A stretch of DNA of 64,000 nt from Escherichia coli (GTDB taxonomy: Bacteria > Pseudomonadota > Gammaproteobacteria > Enterobacterales > Enterobacteriaceae), in the NCBI RefSeq assembly GCF_003018255.1, contig NZ_CP027440.1, one strand, 5' to 3'. The notes under the pieces are model-generated. The model did no database searches and had not been told where the DNA came from. It saw only the letters and a list, made by a program, of their open reading frames with translations. Positions 37,906 through 49,943 of this stretch are shown here, in pieces. The position numbers and the translations under genes are program-made. The first letter of the stretch is position 1; each line of letters starts with the position of its first letter.

Positions 37906-38256
37906 TTCAAAATAAATTAGGATTAAAATAATTAAATCAGTAAATTCCGATGCATAATTTCGGATTTTTCGAAAGTCCTGATGAAAGGCAGCGCTACTGC
38001 ACTCACGAATTTAATTGTTATTCCTAATGTATCTATTAATTAATGCTTTATAAGGATTTTATTATAATCCTTTATAAGTATTTGCAAGCCTGCCTTGCAG
38101 CAAAAAATGTATAAAGCATTAAAGTGATAATAATTACATTCTGCAACTATCATCATCGGTATTGTTTGTGGGTGGATTTTCATATTGACAACAGTACAGT
38201 TCTTATATCTATTAATAATAAAAAGGGATCTACAACCTACAGGTTGGTGTAGCTTT

Positions 38257-39624
38257 ATGGAAAAAGACTATTTGGGAATTAGTAGTACTGTATTAGTGAG
38301 CTTATTGTTTGGGCTTGCATTGGTTTTGGTTAATAGTTGGTTCAATCAGCCAACCGTTGAGGAAGTTGTTCCACGATCAACCTATCTGATGGTTATGATT
38401 GCTTTATTTTTTATCGATACTGTTGCATTTATTTTTATGCAGTTGTATTTCATTTATGACCGTAGGCAATTTTCAAACTGTATACTTAGTTTGGCTTTTC
38501 TAAGTTGTTTGATTTACTTTATTAAAACCGTCATTATCATTCAGCAAATTATTGAGGGGCGTTTGACAAGCAGTGTTGTTCAAAATGACATTGCAATTTA
38601 TTATTTGTTTCGTCAGATGAGTTTGTGCGTATTAATATTTCTGGCATTGGTAAATAAAGTTAGTGAAAACACAAAACAGCGCAATTTGTTTTCCAAAAAA
38701 GTGACTTTGTGCATAACTTTGTTTTTTGTTCTTGGGGGGCCGATAGTTGCTCACATATTTTCTAGCCATTATGAGAGCTACGATTTACACATTGCCGAGT
38801 TAACCAATAAAAATGGTCAGGTGGTTTGGAAAGCCTCATATGTTACCATAATGATTTTCATGTGGTTAACCTTGCTTTCGGTTAATCTATACTTTAATGG
38901 TTTACGCTGTGATATCTGGAACGGGGTGTCGGTGATTGCTTTTTGTGCCGTGCTGTACAATATCTCTCTGTTATTTATGAGCAGGTATAGCGTGTCCATT
39001 TGGTATATTAGTCGCACTATTGAAGTAGTCAGTAAGTTAACCGTTTTGGTAATTTTTATGTGCCATATATTCAGTGCGCTACGAGTAACAAAGGACATTG
39101 CACATCGCGATCCCTTAACCAATATATTTAACAGAAATTATTTTTTTAATGAACTGACGGTTCAATCAGCATCGGCCAAAAAAAAACCTTATTGCGTCAT
39201 GATTATGGATATTGACCACTTCAAAAAAGTCAACGACACCTGGGGACATCCGGTTGGCGATCAAGTGATAAAGACAGTGGTGAATATCATTGGGAAAAGC
39301 ATACGACCAGATGACCTTTTAGCGCGCGTTGGCGGCGAAGAGTTTGGCGTCTTGCTGACGGAGATCGATACTGAATGTGCGAAAGCTTTAGCGGAAAGGA
39401 TTCGGGAAAATGTTGAACGTTTAACTGGCGATAATCCTGAATACGCCATACCACAAAAAGTGACAATTAGTATTGGCGCTGTTGTAACGCAGAAAAATGA
39501 GTTAAACCCTAAGGAGATCTATCAACTGGCTGATAACGCACTTTACGAGGCGAAAGAGACCGGGCGTAATAAGGTGGTAGTAAAAGAGGCAGAAATTCTT
39601 ATCAACCGCAAGGATGATGAATGA
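38257..39624 (+). CDS. dgcT: membrane-anchored diguanylate cyclase DgcT/YcdT (GGDEF domain)
   Basis: Track ORF trimmed to ATG at 38257 (MEKDYLGISSTVLVSLLFGLALVLV); multiple TM helices then GGDEF domain (RVGGEEFGVLL). Confidence 0.88.
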   Translation: MEKDYLGISSTVLVSLLFGLALVLVNSWFNQPTVEEVVPRSTYLMVMIALFFIDTVAFIFMQLYFIYDRRQFSNCILSLAFLSCLIYFIKTVIIIQQIIEGRLTSSVVQNDIAIYYLFRQMSLCVLIFLALVNKVSENTKQRNLFSKKVTLCITLFFVLGGPIVAHIFSSHYESYDLHIAELTNKNGQVVWKASYVTIMIFMWLTLLSVNLYFNGLRCDIWNGVSVIAFCAVLYNISLLFMSRYSVSIWYISRTIEVVSKLTVLVIFMCHIFSALRVTKDIAHRDPLTNIFNRNYFFNELTVQSASAKKKPYCVMIMDIDHFKKVNDTWGHPVGDQVIKTVVNIIGKSIRPDDLLARVGGEEFGVLLTEIDTECAKALAERIRENVERLTGDNPEYAIPQKVTISIGAVVTQKNELNPKEIYQLADNALYEAKETGRNKVVVKEAEILINRKDDE

Positions 39625-39685
39625 GTCTGTCGCTAGTTGTCGACCTCCGCCTGGGGCTTCTCATCCCCCAGTGTGTGAAATATAC

Positions 39686-39716
39686 GAAAAAAAGCTCGCA
39701 CTTTCGTACGAGCTCT
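39686..39716 (-). terminator. terminator downstream of serX (bidirectional hairpin shared with the dgcT 3' end)
   Basis: agctcg-cactttcgta-cgagct hairpin flanked by A7 on plus (T7 on minus). Confidence 0.7.
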
Positions 39717-39726
39717 TCTTTAAATA

Positions 39727-39814
39727 TGGCGGTGAGGGGGGGATTCGAACCCCCGATACGTTGCCGTATACACACTTTCCAGGCGTGCTCCTTCAGCCAC
39801 TCGGACACCTCACC
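39727..39814 (-). tRNA. serX: tRNA-Ser (anticodon GGA), 88 nt with long variable arm
   Basis: Minus strand reads GGTGAGGTGTCCGAGTGGCTGAAGGAGCACGCCTGGAAAGTGTGTATACGGCAACGTATCGGGGGTTCGAATCCCCCCCTCACCGCCA; 7-bp acceptor stem, GGA anticodon, CCA end. Confidence 0.93.
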
Positions 39815-39995
39815 AAATTGTCGTTCCTGTCTTGCTGGAACGGGCGCTAATTTAGGGAAATCATGACCTGAGGTCAACAAACTTTTTTAAAAAATCGCTC
39901 GATTATTCAAACTTCAATCAATATGCAGTTTTAATAAGCGAAATTTGCTTTTTTTGCCACCGACCACGGATTTGTTATGCTGCTGGTCTTTGTAG

Positions 39996-40985
<990 letters not shown>

Positions 40986-41039
40986 TAAAGCATCAGGTTT
41001 CCTGCTATCCTTGGCGGGAATTGAATACAGGAGAGAGTT

Positions 41040-41777
41040 ATGTATCCCGTCGACCTTCATATGCATACCGTTGCCAGCACGCATGCATATAGCACATTGA
41101 GTGATTACATTGCCCAGGCCAAACAAAAGGGCATTAAACTTTTTGCGATCACCGATCATGGCCCGGATATGGAAGATGCGCCGCATCACTGGCACTTCAT
41201 TAACATGCGTATCTGGCCGCGAGTGGTTGATGGGGTTGGGATCCTGCGCGGCATCGAAGCTAACATTAAAAATGTTGACGGTGAAATTGACTGCAGTGGC
41301 AAAATGTTTGATTCGCTGGATCTGATTATTGCCGGTTTTCATGAGCCGGTGTTTGCGCCGCATGACAAAGCGACCAATACGCAAGCGATGATCGCCACTA
41401 TCGCCAGCGGCAATGTGCATATAATAAGCCATCCCGGAAATCCGAAATATGAAATAGATGTTAAAGCCGTTGCTGAAGCAGCCGCGAAACATCAGGTGGC
41501 GCTGGAAATCAATAATTCCTCATTTTTACACTCACGTAAGGGCAGTGAAGACAACTGTCGGGCGGTAGCCGCAGCGGTACGTGACGCTGGAGGTTGGGTG
41601 GCATTAGGCTCGGATTCTCACACTGCGTTTACCATGGGGGAATTTGAAGAGTGTCTTAAAATCCTCGACGCGGTAGATTTTCCGCCAGAGCGCATTTTGA
41701 ATGTTTCTCCGCGCCGCTTACTTAACTTCCTTGAATCTCGCGGTATGGCACCGATTGCGGAATTTGCAGACCTTTAA
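41040..41777 (+). CDS. ycdX: PHP-family zinc phosphatase YcdX (245 aa)
   Basis: 245-aa [23 protein letters not shown] (PHP HxH motif). Confidence 0.92.
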
Positions 41778-41800
41778 TTACTAGTAATGGAAATATATTA

Positions 41801-42355
41801 ATGAATGAGTTTTCTATCCTCTGTCGTGTGCTGGGTTCGCTCTATTACCGCCAACCGCAAGATCCTTTACTGGTGCCGTTGTTTACCCTGATTCGTGAGG
41901 GGAAACTGGCTGCGAACTGGCCACTGGAGCAGGATGAGTTACTGACGCGTTTACAGAAAAGCTGTGATATGACGCAAGTCTCTGCCGATTACAATGCGTT
42001 GTTTATCGGCGATGAATGTGCTGTGCCGCCATATCGTAGCGCATGGGTTGAGGGCGCAACGGAAGCGGAAGTGCGCGCTTTTCTTTCCGAACGAGGGATG
42101 CCACTAGCGGATACGCCAGCCGATCACATCGGCACATTGCTGCTTGCGGCTTCCTGGCTGGAAGATCAGTCAACGGAAGATGAGAGCGAAGCACTGGAAA
42201 CACTGTTCAGTGAGTATCTGTTACCCTGGTGTGGTGCGTTCCTTGGCAAAGTGGAGGCCCATGCAACTACGCCTTTCTGGCGCACCATGGCACCGCTAAC
42301 CCGCGATGCTATTAATGCAATGTGGGACGAGCTGGAAGAAGATTCTGAAGAGTAA
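41801..42355 (+). CDS. ycdY: TorD/DmsD-family chaperone YcdY (184 aa)
   Basis: 184-aa ORF MNEFSILCRVLGSLYYRQPQDPLLVPLF. Confidence 0.9.
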   Translation: MNEFSILCRVLGSLYYRQPQDPLLVPLFTLIREGKLAANWPLEQDELLTRLQKSCDMTQVSADYNALFIGDECAVPPYRSAWVEGATEAEVRAFLSERGMPLADTPADHIGTLLLAASWLEDQSTEDESEALETLFSEYLLPWCGAFLGKVEAHATTPFWRTMAPLTRDAINAMWDELEEDSEE

Positions 42356-42456
42356 ATGTGATCTGCATCACTCATAACTGCAACGGGTAATTTGTTGTTG
42401 CATAAAATGTGTGCTCGATCTCATTCATGGCCGCGTTTTCTGCTATCATGCGCGGC

Positions 42457-42948
42457 ATGAACATACTTCTCTCTATTGCAATCACAACAGGCATTCTCTC
42501 CGGTATCTGGGGATGGGTGGCTGTTTCCCTGGGCTTACTAAGCTGGGCGGGCTTCCTGGGCTGTACGGCCTACTTTGCCTGCCCACAAGGTGGGCTGAAA
42601 GGGCTGGCGATCTCCGCTGCAACCCTGCTTAGTGGCGTGGTGTGGGCGATGGTCATTATTTACGGTAGTGCACTGGCACCACATCTGGAAATACTCGGTT
42701 ATGCCATAACCGGTATTGTCGCGTTTCTGATGTGTATCCAGGCCAAACAGCTGCTGCTTTCATTTGTTCCGGGGACGTTTATAGGCGCATGCGCGACGTT
42801 TGCCGGGCAGGGTGACTGGAAACTGGTGTTACCTTCGCTGGCGCTTGGACTGGTATTTGGTTACGCAATGAAAAACAGCGGCCTGTGGTTGGCGGCGCGT
42901 AGTGCAAAGACGGCTCACCGTGAGCAGCAAATCAAAAATAAAGCGTGA
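42457..42948 (+). CDS. ycdZ: inner membrane protein YcdZ (163 aa, DUF1097)
   Basis: Track ORF trimmed to ATG at 42457 (MNILLSIAITTGILSGIWGW); four predicted TM helices. Confidence 0.85.
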   Translation: MNILLSIAITTGILSGIWGWVAVSLGLLSWAGFLGCTAYFACPQGGLKGLAISAATLLSGVVWAMVIIYGSALAPHLEILGYAITGIVAFLMCIQAKQLLLSFVPGTFIGACATFAGQGDWKLVLPSLALGLVFGYAMKNSGLWLAARSAKTAHREQQIKNKA

Positions 42949-43011
42949 GGGGCACTCACGCTTTCGCTTAAACCGTAAAATGTCGGATGATAATTCCGGC
43001 ATTTTTATCTA

Positions 43012-43845
43012 TCAGGATTCCGGTGGAACCGACATATGGCGGTATTTCACTAGAATGTCATTCTGCCGTTCTGCTTTATTTTGCAAATCCCAAAGACCGC
43101 GGTCGATACCATCATTAATCAGGAAAATGACGCCTGTTTCGATAGCCGACATCAGGCACAGCATAACGGGTTCGTTCGAGGTGTAACCTACTTCCCCTTC
43201 CAGCAAGCGCTGGTAGTCAATAAAGCGGAAGACCCCCGCCTGAACTTCATAGGAAAGTATCGTCTTACTGGTGTTCACCGAGGAGAGGATCTCGCCGGTA
43301 CTCACATTGACGACGCGCAGGTTCACGGCAATCTGATCAAGCTGGTATTGCGTGTCTGCACCGATCCCAAAATATCTTGCCCCAACCCCGCCCGATTTAA
43401 CGTTGCTTTCATAACCGATAATTGAACCTTCAACCATGATATTTGCCGCCGTTAAAGATTGCAGCGGGATTCGGTTATTAATGGCAACCGTGCCGTTTTC
43501 TTGTGCCGCACGAATAATCTTGCGCTCGTTAAGCAGGTTTTGTAAGCCTTGGCGCTCCAGCGGTATAAACCAGCGAGAATCTTTCAATGCCGTGACCAGC
43601 ATTGCCGTGGCGCTTTGCGGAACAGCAGTGGAGAAGTTACTTGCCGGGTAGGGTTTAAATTGCCCGGTTTCGTCCTGAATGTTGTATACCGAAACAAAGA
43701 TCTTACCCGTCGGCGCTGGCAGATGGGTCAAATCTTTGTAGCTCTGAGCACGAGGCATTAATGTCGGTCTGGCGGCTTCTTTAGGCGGGGCGGTTAAGCA
43801 TCCGCTCAGTAACATGACGGCAACCAAAAGAAATAAGCGCTGCAT
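43012..43845 (-). CDS. csgG: curli secretion channel lipoprotein CsgG (277 aa)
   Basis: 277-aa ORF MQRLFLLVAVMLLSGCLTAPP (lipobox). Confidence 0.95.
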   Translation of the reverse strand: MQRLFLLVAVMLLSGCLTAPPKEAARPTLMPRAQSYKDLTHLPAPTGKIFVSVYNIQDETGQFKPYPASNFSTAVPQSATAMLVTALKDSRWFIPLERQGLQNLLNERKIIRAAQENGTVAINNRIPLQSLTAANIMVEGSIIGYESNVKSGGVGARYFGIGADTQYQLDQIAVNLRVVNVSTGEILSSVNTSKTILSYEVQAGVFRFIDYQRLLEGEVGYTSNEPVMLCLMSAIETGVIFLINDGIDRGLWDLQNKAERQNDILVKYRHMSVPPES

Positions 43846-43871
43846 GATTATTTTCCTTATGAAGCTGGGGC

Positions 43872-44288
43872 TTAAAAATCGGTTGAGTTATTTTGTAAAC
43901 CCGAAACCTGGATGGTCGAGGTTTGTCCGGTTTTACGATCTGTCACGTTCAACTGCAATTGACCATCGCGGTTAGCAATATCAACAATATAATCGTTGGT
44001 CACCATGCGGCCCGGTTTACCGGTATTAATATTCGACAGTAGCCCACCCAAAATTTGTGACTGGATGGCCTGAGTAAAGTTATCTAACGCCGAGGGCGTT
44101 TCAATACCAAAGTCATCGTTATAGCTCGGATCTTTATAAGAGTTTTGGGCCTGAGCGCTATTTAACAAAAAAGCGCCATTATTTGGGTTACCACCAAAGT
44201 TTGGATTACGGAACTGGAAAGTCATGGTTCCAGCCCAACTTAATGGCGAAATAAGCATGAGTAGAACTACTGCATGTTTGACACGCAT
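43872..44288 (-). CDS. csgF: curli assembly component CsgF (138 aa)
   Basis: 138-aa [36 protein letters not shown]. Confidence 0.95.
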
Positions 44289-44312
44289 TGCAGCCTCCGA
44301 ACAATTTATTAT

Positions 44313-44702
44313 TTAAAATTCATCATGCGCCAAATCGCCCGTACTTAATAACGCTTGGTTTATCTGGCGACGATTTAGTGCTTCTTCAGTTTGAATCAGT
44401 GCAAAGACGACAGTTTTCTCGAAGTCTCTTTTCAACGGAAATAAAAAAGTCTGGAAAATAACGTCCTGATTCACCGTTATTGTGATCCAGCTTCCCCATC
44501 GTGCACTGGGCCTTTCATTAATCGTTAAGTTACCCGTATAGTCACTTTCCCATTTATCACTAAAGGCTCGGTAAAAATCATGGCCAATAGATGAAACAGT
44601 ATGGTCAGTTAACAATCCCGGGACTTCTACCTCAACGGCGTGAAGATTCCCTGCGGCGAACAGAAATTCTGCCGCCACAATCCAGCGTAAATAACGTTTC
44701 AT
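44313..44702 (-). CDS. csgE: curli secretion specificity factor CsgE (129 aa)
   Basis: 129-aa [36 protein letters not shown]. Confidence 0.95.
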
Positions 44703-44706
44703 GGCT

Positions 44707-45357
<651 letters not shown>

Positions 45358-46110
45358 GATGAAACCCCGCTTTTTTTATTGATCGCACACCTGACAGCTG
45401 CCTCTAAAATAGAAGCACCAGAAGTACTGACAGATGTTGCACTGCTGTGTGTAGTAATAAATCAGCCCTAAATGGGTAAAATATAAAACTAATGGATTAC
45501 ATCTGATTTCAATCTAGCCATTACAAATCTTAAATCAAGTGTTAAACATGTAACTAAATGTAACTCGTTATATTAAAATGTTAATCTTAAGGTTTTATTA
45601 AGTTTAGAAATGATAGAAAAGTTGTACATTTGGTTTTTATTGCACAATTTTAAAAAATCATACAAATGGTGCTAACTTACTAATAATGCATATAAAAAAT
45701 ATTTCGGTGTAGTCCTTTCGTCATGTAAAACGTTCTTGTTTTTTCTCCACACCTCCGTGGACAATTTTTTACTGCAAAAAGACGAGGTTTGTCACGGCTT
45801 GTGCGCAAGACATATCGCAGCAATCAGCGACGGGCAAGAAGAATGATTGTCTGGTGATTTTTGATAGCGGAAAACGGAGATTTAAAAGAAAACAAAATAT
45901 TTTTTGCGTAGATAACAGCGTATTTACGTGAGTTTTAATACTTTGGTATGAACAAAAAAAGAAAAATACAACGCGCGGGTGAGTTATTAAAAATATTTCC
46001 GCAGACATACTTTCCATCGTAACGCAGCGTTAACAAAATACAGGTTGCGTTAACAACCAAGTTGAAATGATTTAATTTCTTAAATGTACGACCAGGTCCA
46101 GGGTGACAAC
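45358..46110. promoter_or_regulatory. 753-bp divergent csgD / csgBAC regulatory region
   Basis: Long AT-rich ORF-free intergenic region between divergently oriented csgD and csgB. Confidence 0.85.
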
Positions 46111-46566
46111 ATGAAAAACAAATTGTTATTTATGATGTTAACAATACTGGGTGCGCCTGGGATTGCAGCCGCAGCAGGTTATGATTTAGCTAATTCAGAA
46201 TATAACTTCGCGGTAAATGAATTGAGTAAGTCTTCATTTAATCAGGCAGCCATAATTGGTCAAGCTGGGACTAATAATAGTGCTCAGTTACGGCAGGGAG
46301 GCTCAAAACTTTTGGCGGTTGTTGCGCAAGAAGGTAGTAGCAACCGGGCAAAGATTGACCAGACAGGAGATTATAACCTTGCATATATTGATCAGGCGGG
46401 CAGTGCCAACGATGCCAGTATTTCGCAAGGTGCTTATGGTAATACTGCGATGATTATCCAGAAAGGTTCTGGTAATAAAGCAAATATTACACAGTATGGT
46501 ACTCAAAAAACGGCAATTGTAGTGCAGAGACAGTCGCAAATGGCTATTCGCGTGACACAACGTTAA
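46111..46566 (+). CDS. csgB: curli nucleator minor subunit CsgB (151 aa)
   Basis: Track ORF trimmed to ATG at 46111 (MKNKLLFMMLTILGAPGIAAAAGYDLANSEYNFAV). Confidence 0.93.
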   Translation: MKNKLLFMMLTILGAPGIAAAAGYDLANSEYNFAVNELSKSSFNQAAIIGQAGTNNSAQLRQGGSKLLAVVAQEGSSNRAKIDQTGDYNLAYIDQAGSANDASISQGAYGNTAMIIQKGSGNKANITQYGTQKTAIVVQRQSQMAIRVTQR

Positions 46567-46606
46567 TTTCCATTCGACTTTTAAATCAATCCGATGGGGG
46601 TTTTAC

Positions 46607-47062
46607 ATGAAACTTTTAAAAGTAGCAGCAATTGCAGCAATCGTATTCTCTGGTAGCGCTCTGGCAGGTGTTGTTCCTCAGTACGGCGGCGGCGGTAACC
46701 ACGGTGGTGGCGGTAATAATAGCGGCCCAAATTCAGAGCTGAACATTTACCAGTACGGTGGCGGTAACTCTGCTCTTGCTCTGCAAGCTGACGCCCGTAA
46801 CTCTGATCTGACCATTACCCAGCACGGCGGCGGTAACGGCGCAGATGTTGGCCAAGGTTCTGATGACAGCTCAATCGATCTGACTCAGCGTGGTTTCGGC
46901 AACAGCGCTACTCTTGATCAGTGGAATGGTAAAGATTCTACTATGACTGTTAAACAGTTCGGTGGTGGTAACGGTGCTGCTGTTGACCAGACTGCATCTA
47001 ACTCCAGCGTCAACGTCACTCAGGTTGGCTTTGGTAACAACGCGACCGCTCATCAGTACTAA
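46607..47062 (+). CDS. csgA: major curlin subunit CsgA (151 aa)
   Basis: 151-aa ORF with five imperfect amyloid repeats (S-x5-Q-x-G-x-G-N-x-A-x3-Q), e.g. SELNIYQYGGGNSALALQ and SDLTITQHGGGNGADVGQ. Confidence 0.96.
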   Translation: MKLLKVAAIAAIVFSGSALAGVVPQYGGGGNHGGGGNNSGPNSELNIYQYGGGNSALALQADARNSDLTITQHGGGNGADVGQGSDDSSIDLTQRGFGNSATLDQWNGKDSTMTVKQFGGGNGAAVDQTASNSSVNVTQVGFGNNATAHQY

Positions 47063-47084
47063 TACATCCTCTGTATTAAAGAAA

Positions 47085-47108
47085 CAGGGCGCAAGCCCTG
47101 TTTTTTTT
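47085..47108 (+). terminator. rho-independent terminator after csgA
   Basis: cagggcgcaagccctg hairpin followed by T8. Confidence 0.85.
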
Positions 47109-47120
47109 CGGGAGAAGAAT

Positions 47121-47504
<384 letters not shown>

Positions 47505-47505
47505 G

Positions 47506-47885
<380 letters not shown>

Positions 47886-47979
47886 GTTTCTGAACAACTC
47901 ACGTTGCTGAGCAGAAAAATGCGATTTAACCAAAAAGCCTGCTGTACACTTAAGAAACAAGAAGGTGTAAGGAGGCGTT

Positions 47980-48513
47980 ATGAAAACGCGTATTCATGTT
48001 GTGCAGGGTGATATTACCAAACTGGCCGTTGATGTGATTGTGAATGCGGCTAATCCGTCATTAATGGGAGGCGGCGGCGTCGATGGGGCCATTCATCGCG
48101 CAGCGGGTCCGGCCCTGCTGGATGCCTGTTTAAAAGTCAGGCAGCAGCAGGGCGATTGCCCTACGGGGCATGCCGTTATTACGCTTGCAGGCGATCTTCC
48201 CGCGAAAGCCGTAGTGCACACCGTCGGGCCAGTCTGGCGTGGTGGTGAACAAAACGAAGACCAGCTTTTGCAGGATGCCTATCTCAATAGCCTGCGACTG
48301 GTGGCAGCAAACAGCTATACGTCAGTGGCTTTTCCTGCAATCAGTACTGGAGTTTATGGTTACCCTCGTGCGGCAGCGGCTGAAATCGCAGTAAAAACCG
48401 TTTCAGAATTTATTACCCGTCACGCTTTACCCGAACAGGTATACTTTGTCTGTTATGATGAAGAAAACGCCCACCTCTACGAAAGACTCCTTACTCAACA
48501 AGGAGATGAATGA
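47980..48513 (+). CDS. ymdB: macrodomain O-acetyl-ADP-ribose deacetylase YmdB (177 aa)
   Basis: 177-aa [46 protein letters not shown] (macro domain). Confidence 0.93.
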
Positions 48514-48514
48514 T

Positions 48515-49936
48515 TTGCCCCGGCTGGCGAGTGCGGTGCTGCCACTGTGTTCGCAACATCCCGGTCAGTGTGGCATTTTTCCTCTGGAGAAAAGTCTGGA
48601 TGCGTTTGCCGCCCGGTATCGTCTGGCCGAAATGGCAGAGCATACGCTGGATGTTCAGTATTACATCTGGCAGGACGATATGTCGGGTCGGTTACTCTTT
48701 TCCGCCCTGTTAGCCGCAGCAAAGCGTGGCGTTCGCGTCCGTTTGTTGCTGGACGACAACAATACGCCCGGACTTGACGACATTTTACGCTTGCTTGACA
48801 GTCATCCCCGCATTGAAGTCCGGCTTTTTAATCCTTTCTCGTTTCGCTTGCTACGTCCGCTTGGTTATATCACCGACTTTTCCCGTCTCAATCGCCGTAT
48901 GCACAATAAAAGTTTCACTGTCGATGGCGTGGTGACGCTGGTAGGGGGGCGAAATATTGGTGATGCCTATTTTGGGGCAGGGGAAGAGCCACTTTTTTCG
49001 GATTTAGATGTCATGGCAATAGGACCAGTTGTAGAGGACGTTGCCGATGATTTCGCCCGCTACTGGTATTGCAAATCGGTTTCACCCCTACAGCAGGTGC
49101 TGGATGTCCCGGAAGGTGAAATGGCGGATCGCATCGAGTTACCAGCATCCTGGCACAACGATGCCATGACGCATCGTTATTTACGCAAAATGGAATCCAG
49201 CCCGTTTATAAATCATCTGGTTGATGGAACGTTGCCGCTTATCTGGGCGAAAACACGTTTATTAAGTGATGATCCGGCGAAAGGGGAAGGCAAGGCAAAA
49301 CGGCATTCACTGTTACCGCAGCGCCTGTTCGATATCATGGGCTCACCCAGTGAACGCATCGATATTATCTCTTCCTATTTTGTACCGACACGCGCAGGTG
49401 TGGCGCAACTCTTACGGATGGTGAGAAAAGGGGTAAAGATTGCGATCCTAACCAATTCTCTTGCCGCTAACGATGTTGCTGTCGTCCATGCCGGATACGC
49501 GCGCTGGCGCAAAAAATTGCTCCGCTATGGCGTGGAATTATATGAACTCAAGCCGACGCGTGAACAAAGTAGTACGTTACACGATCGCGGCATAACCGGT
49601 AATTCCGGTGCCAGCTTGCATGCTAAAACCTTTAGCATCGATGGTAAAACGGTGTTTATCGGCTCTTTCAATTTCGATCCGCGTTCAACATTGCTCAATA
49701 CTGAAATGGGCTTCGTGATAGAGAGCGAAACGCTGGCACAGTTAATTGATAAACGCTTTATTCAGAGCCAGTATGATGCGGCCTGGCAGCTCCGTCTGGA
49801 CAGGTGGGGACGGATCAACTGGGTTGATCGTCATGCAAAGAAAGAGATTATTCTCAAAAAAGAACCCGCCACCAGTTTCTGGAAGCGGGTTATGGTCAGA
49901 CTGGCGTCGATATTGCCCGTGGAATGGTTATTATAA
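48515..49936 (+). CDS. clsC: cardiolipin synthase C ClsC/YmdC (473 aa, PLD superfamily)
   Basis: TTG at 48515 one nt after ymdB stop gives 473 aa (MPRLASAVLPL); two HKD motifs (HNKSFTVDG, HAKTFSIDG); alternative ATG at 48506. Confidence 0.85.
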   Translation: MPRLASAVLPLCSQHPGQCGIFPLEKSLDAFAARYRLAEMAEHTLDVQYYIWQDDMSGRLLFSALLAAAKRGVRVRLLLDDNNTPGLDDILRLLDSHPRIEVRLFNPFSFRLLRPLGYITDFSRLNRRMHNKSFTVDGVVTLVGGRNIGDAYFGAGEEPLFSDLDVMAIGPVVEDVADDFARYWYCKSVSPLQQVLDVPEGEMADRIELPASWHNDAMTHRYLRKMESSPFINHLVDGTLPLIWAKTRLLSDDPAKGEGKAKRHSLLPQRLFDIMGSPSERIDIISSYFVPTRAGVAQLLRMVRKGVKIAILTNSLAANDVAVVHAGYARWRKKLLRYGVELYELKPTREQSSTLHDRGITGNSGASLHAKTFSIDGKTVFIGSFNFDPRSTLLNTEMGFVIESETLAQLIDKRFIQSQYDAAWQLRLDRWGRINWVDRHAKKEIILKKEPATSFWKRVMVRLASILPVEWLL

Positions 49937-49943
49937 GCGTGGC

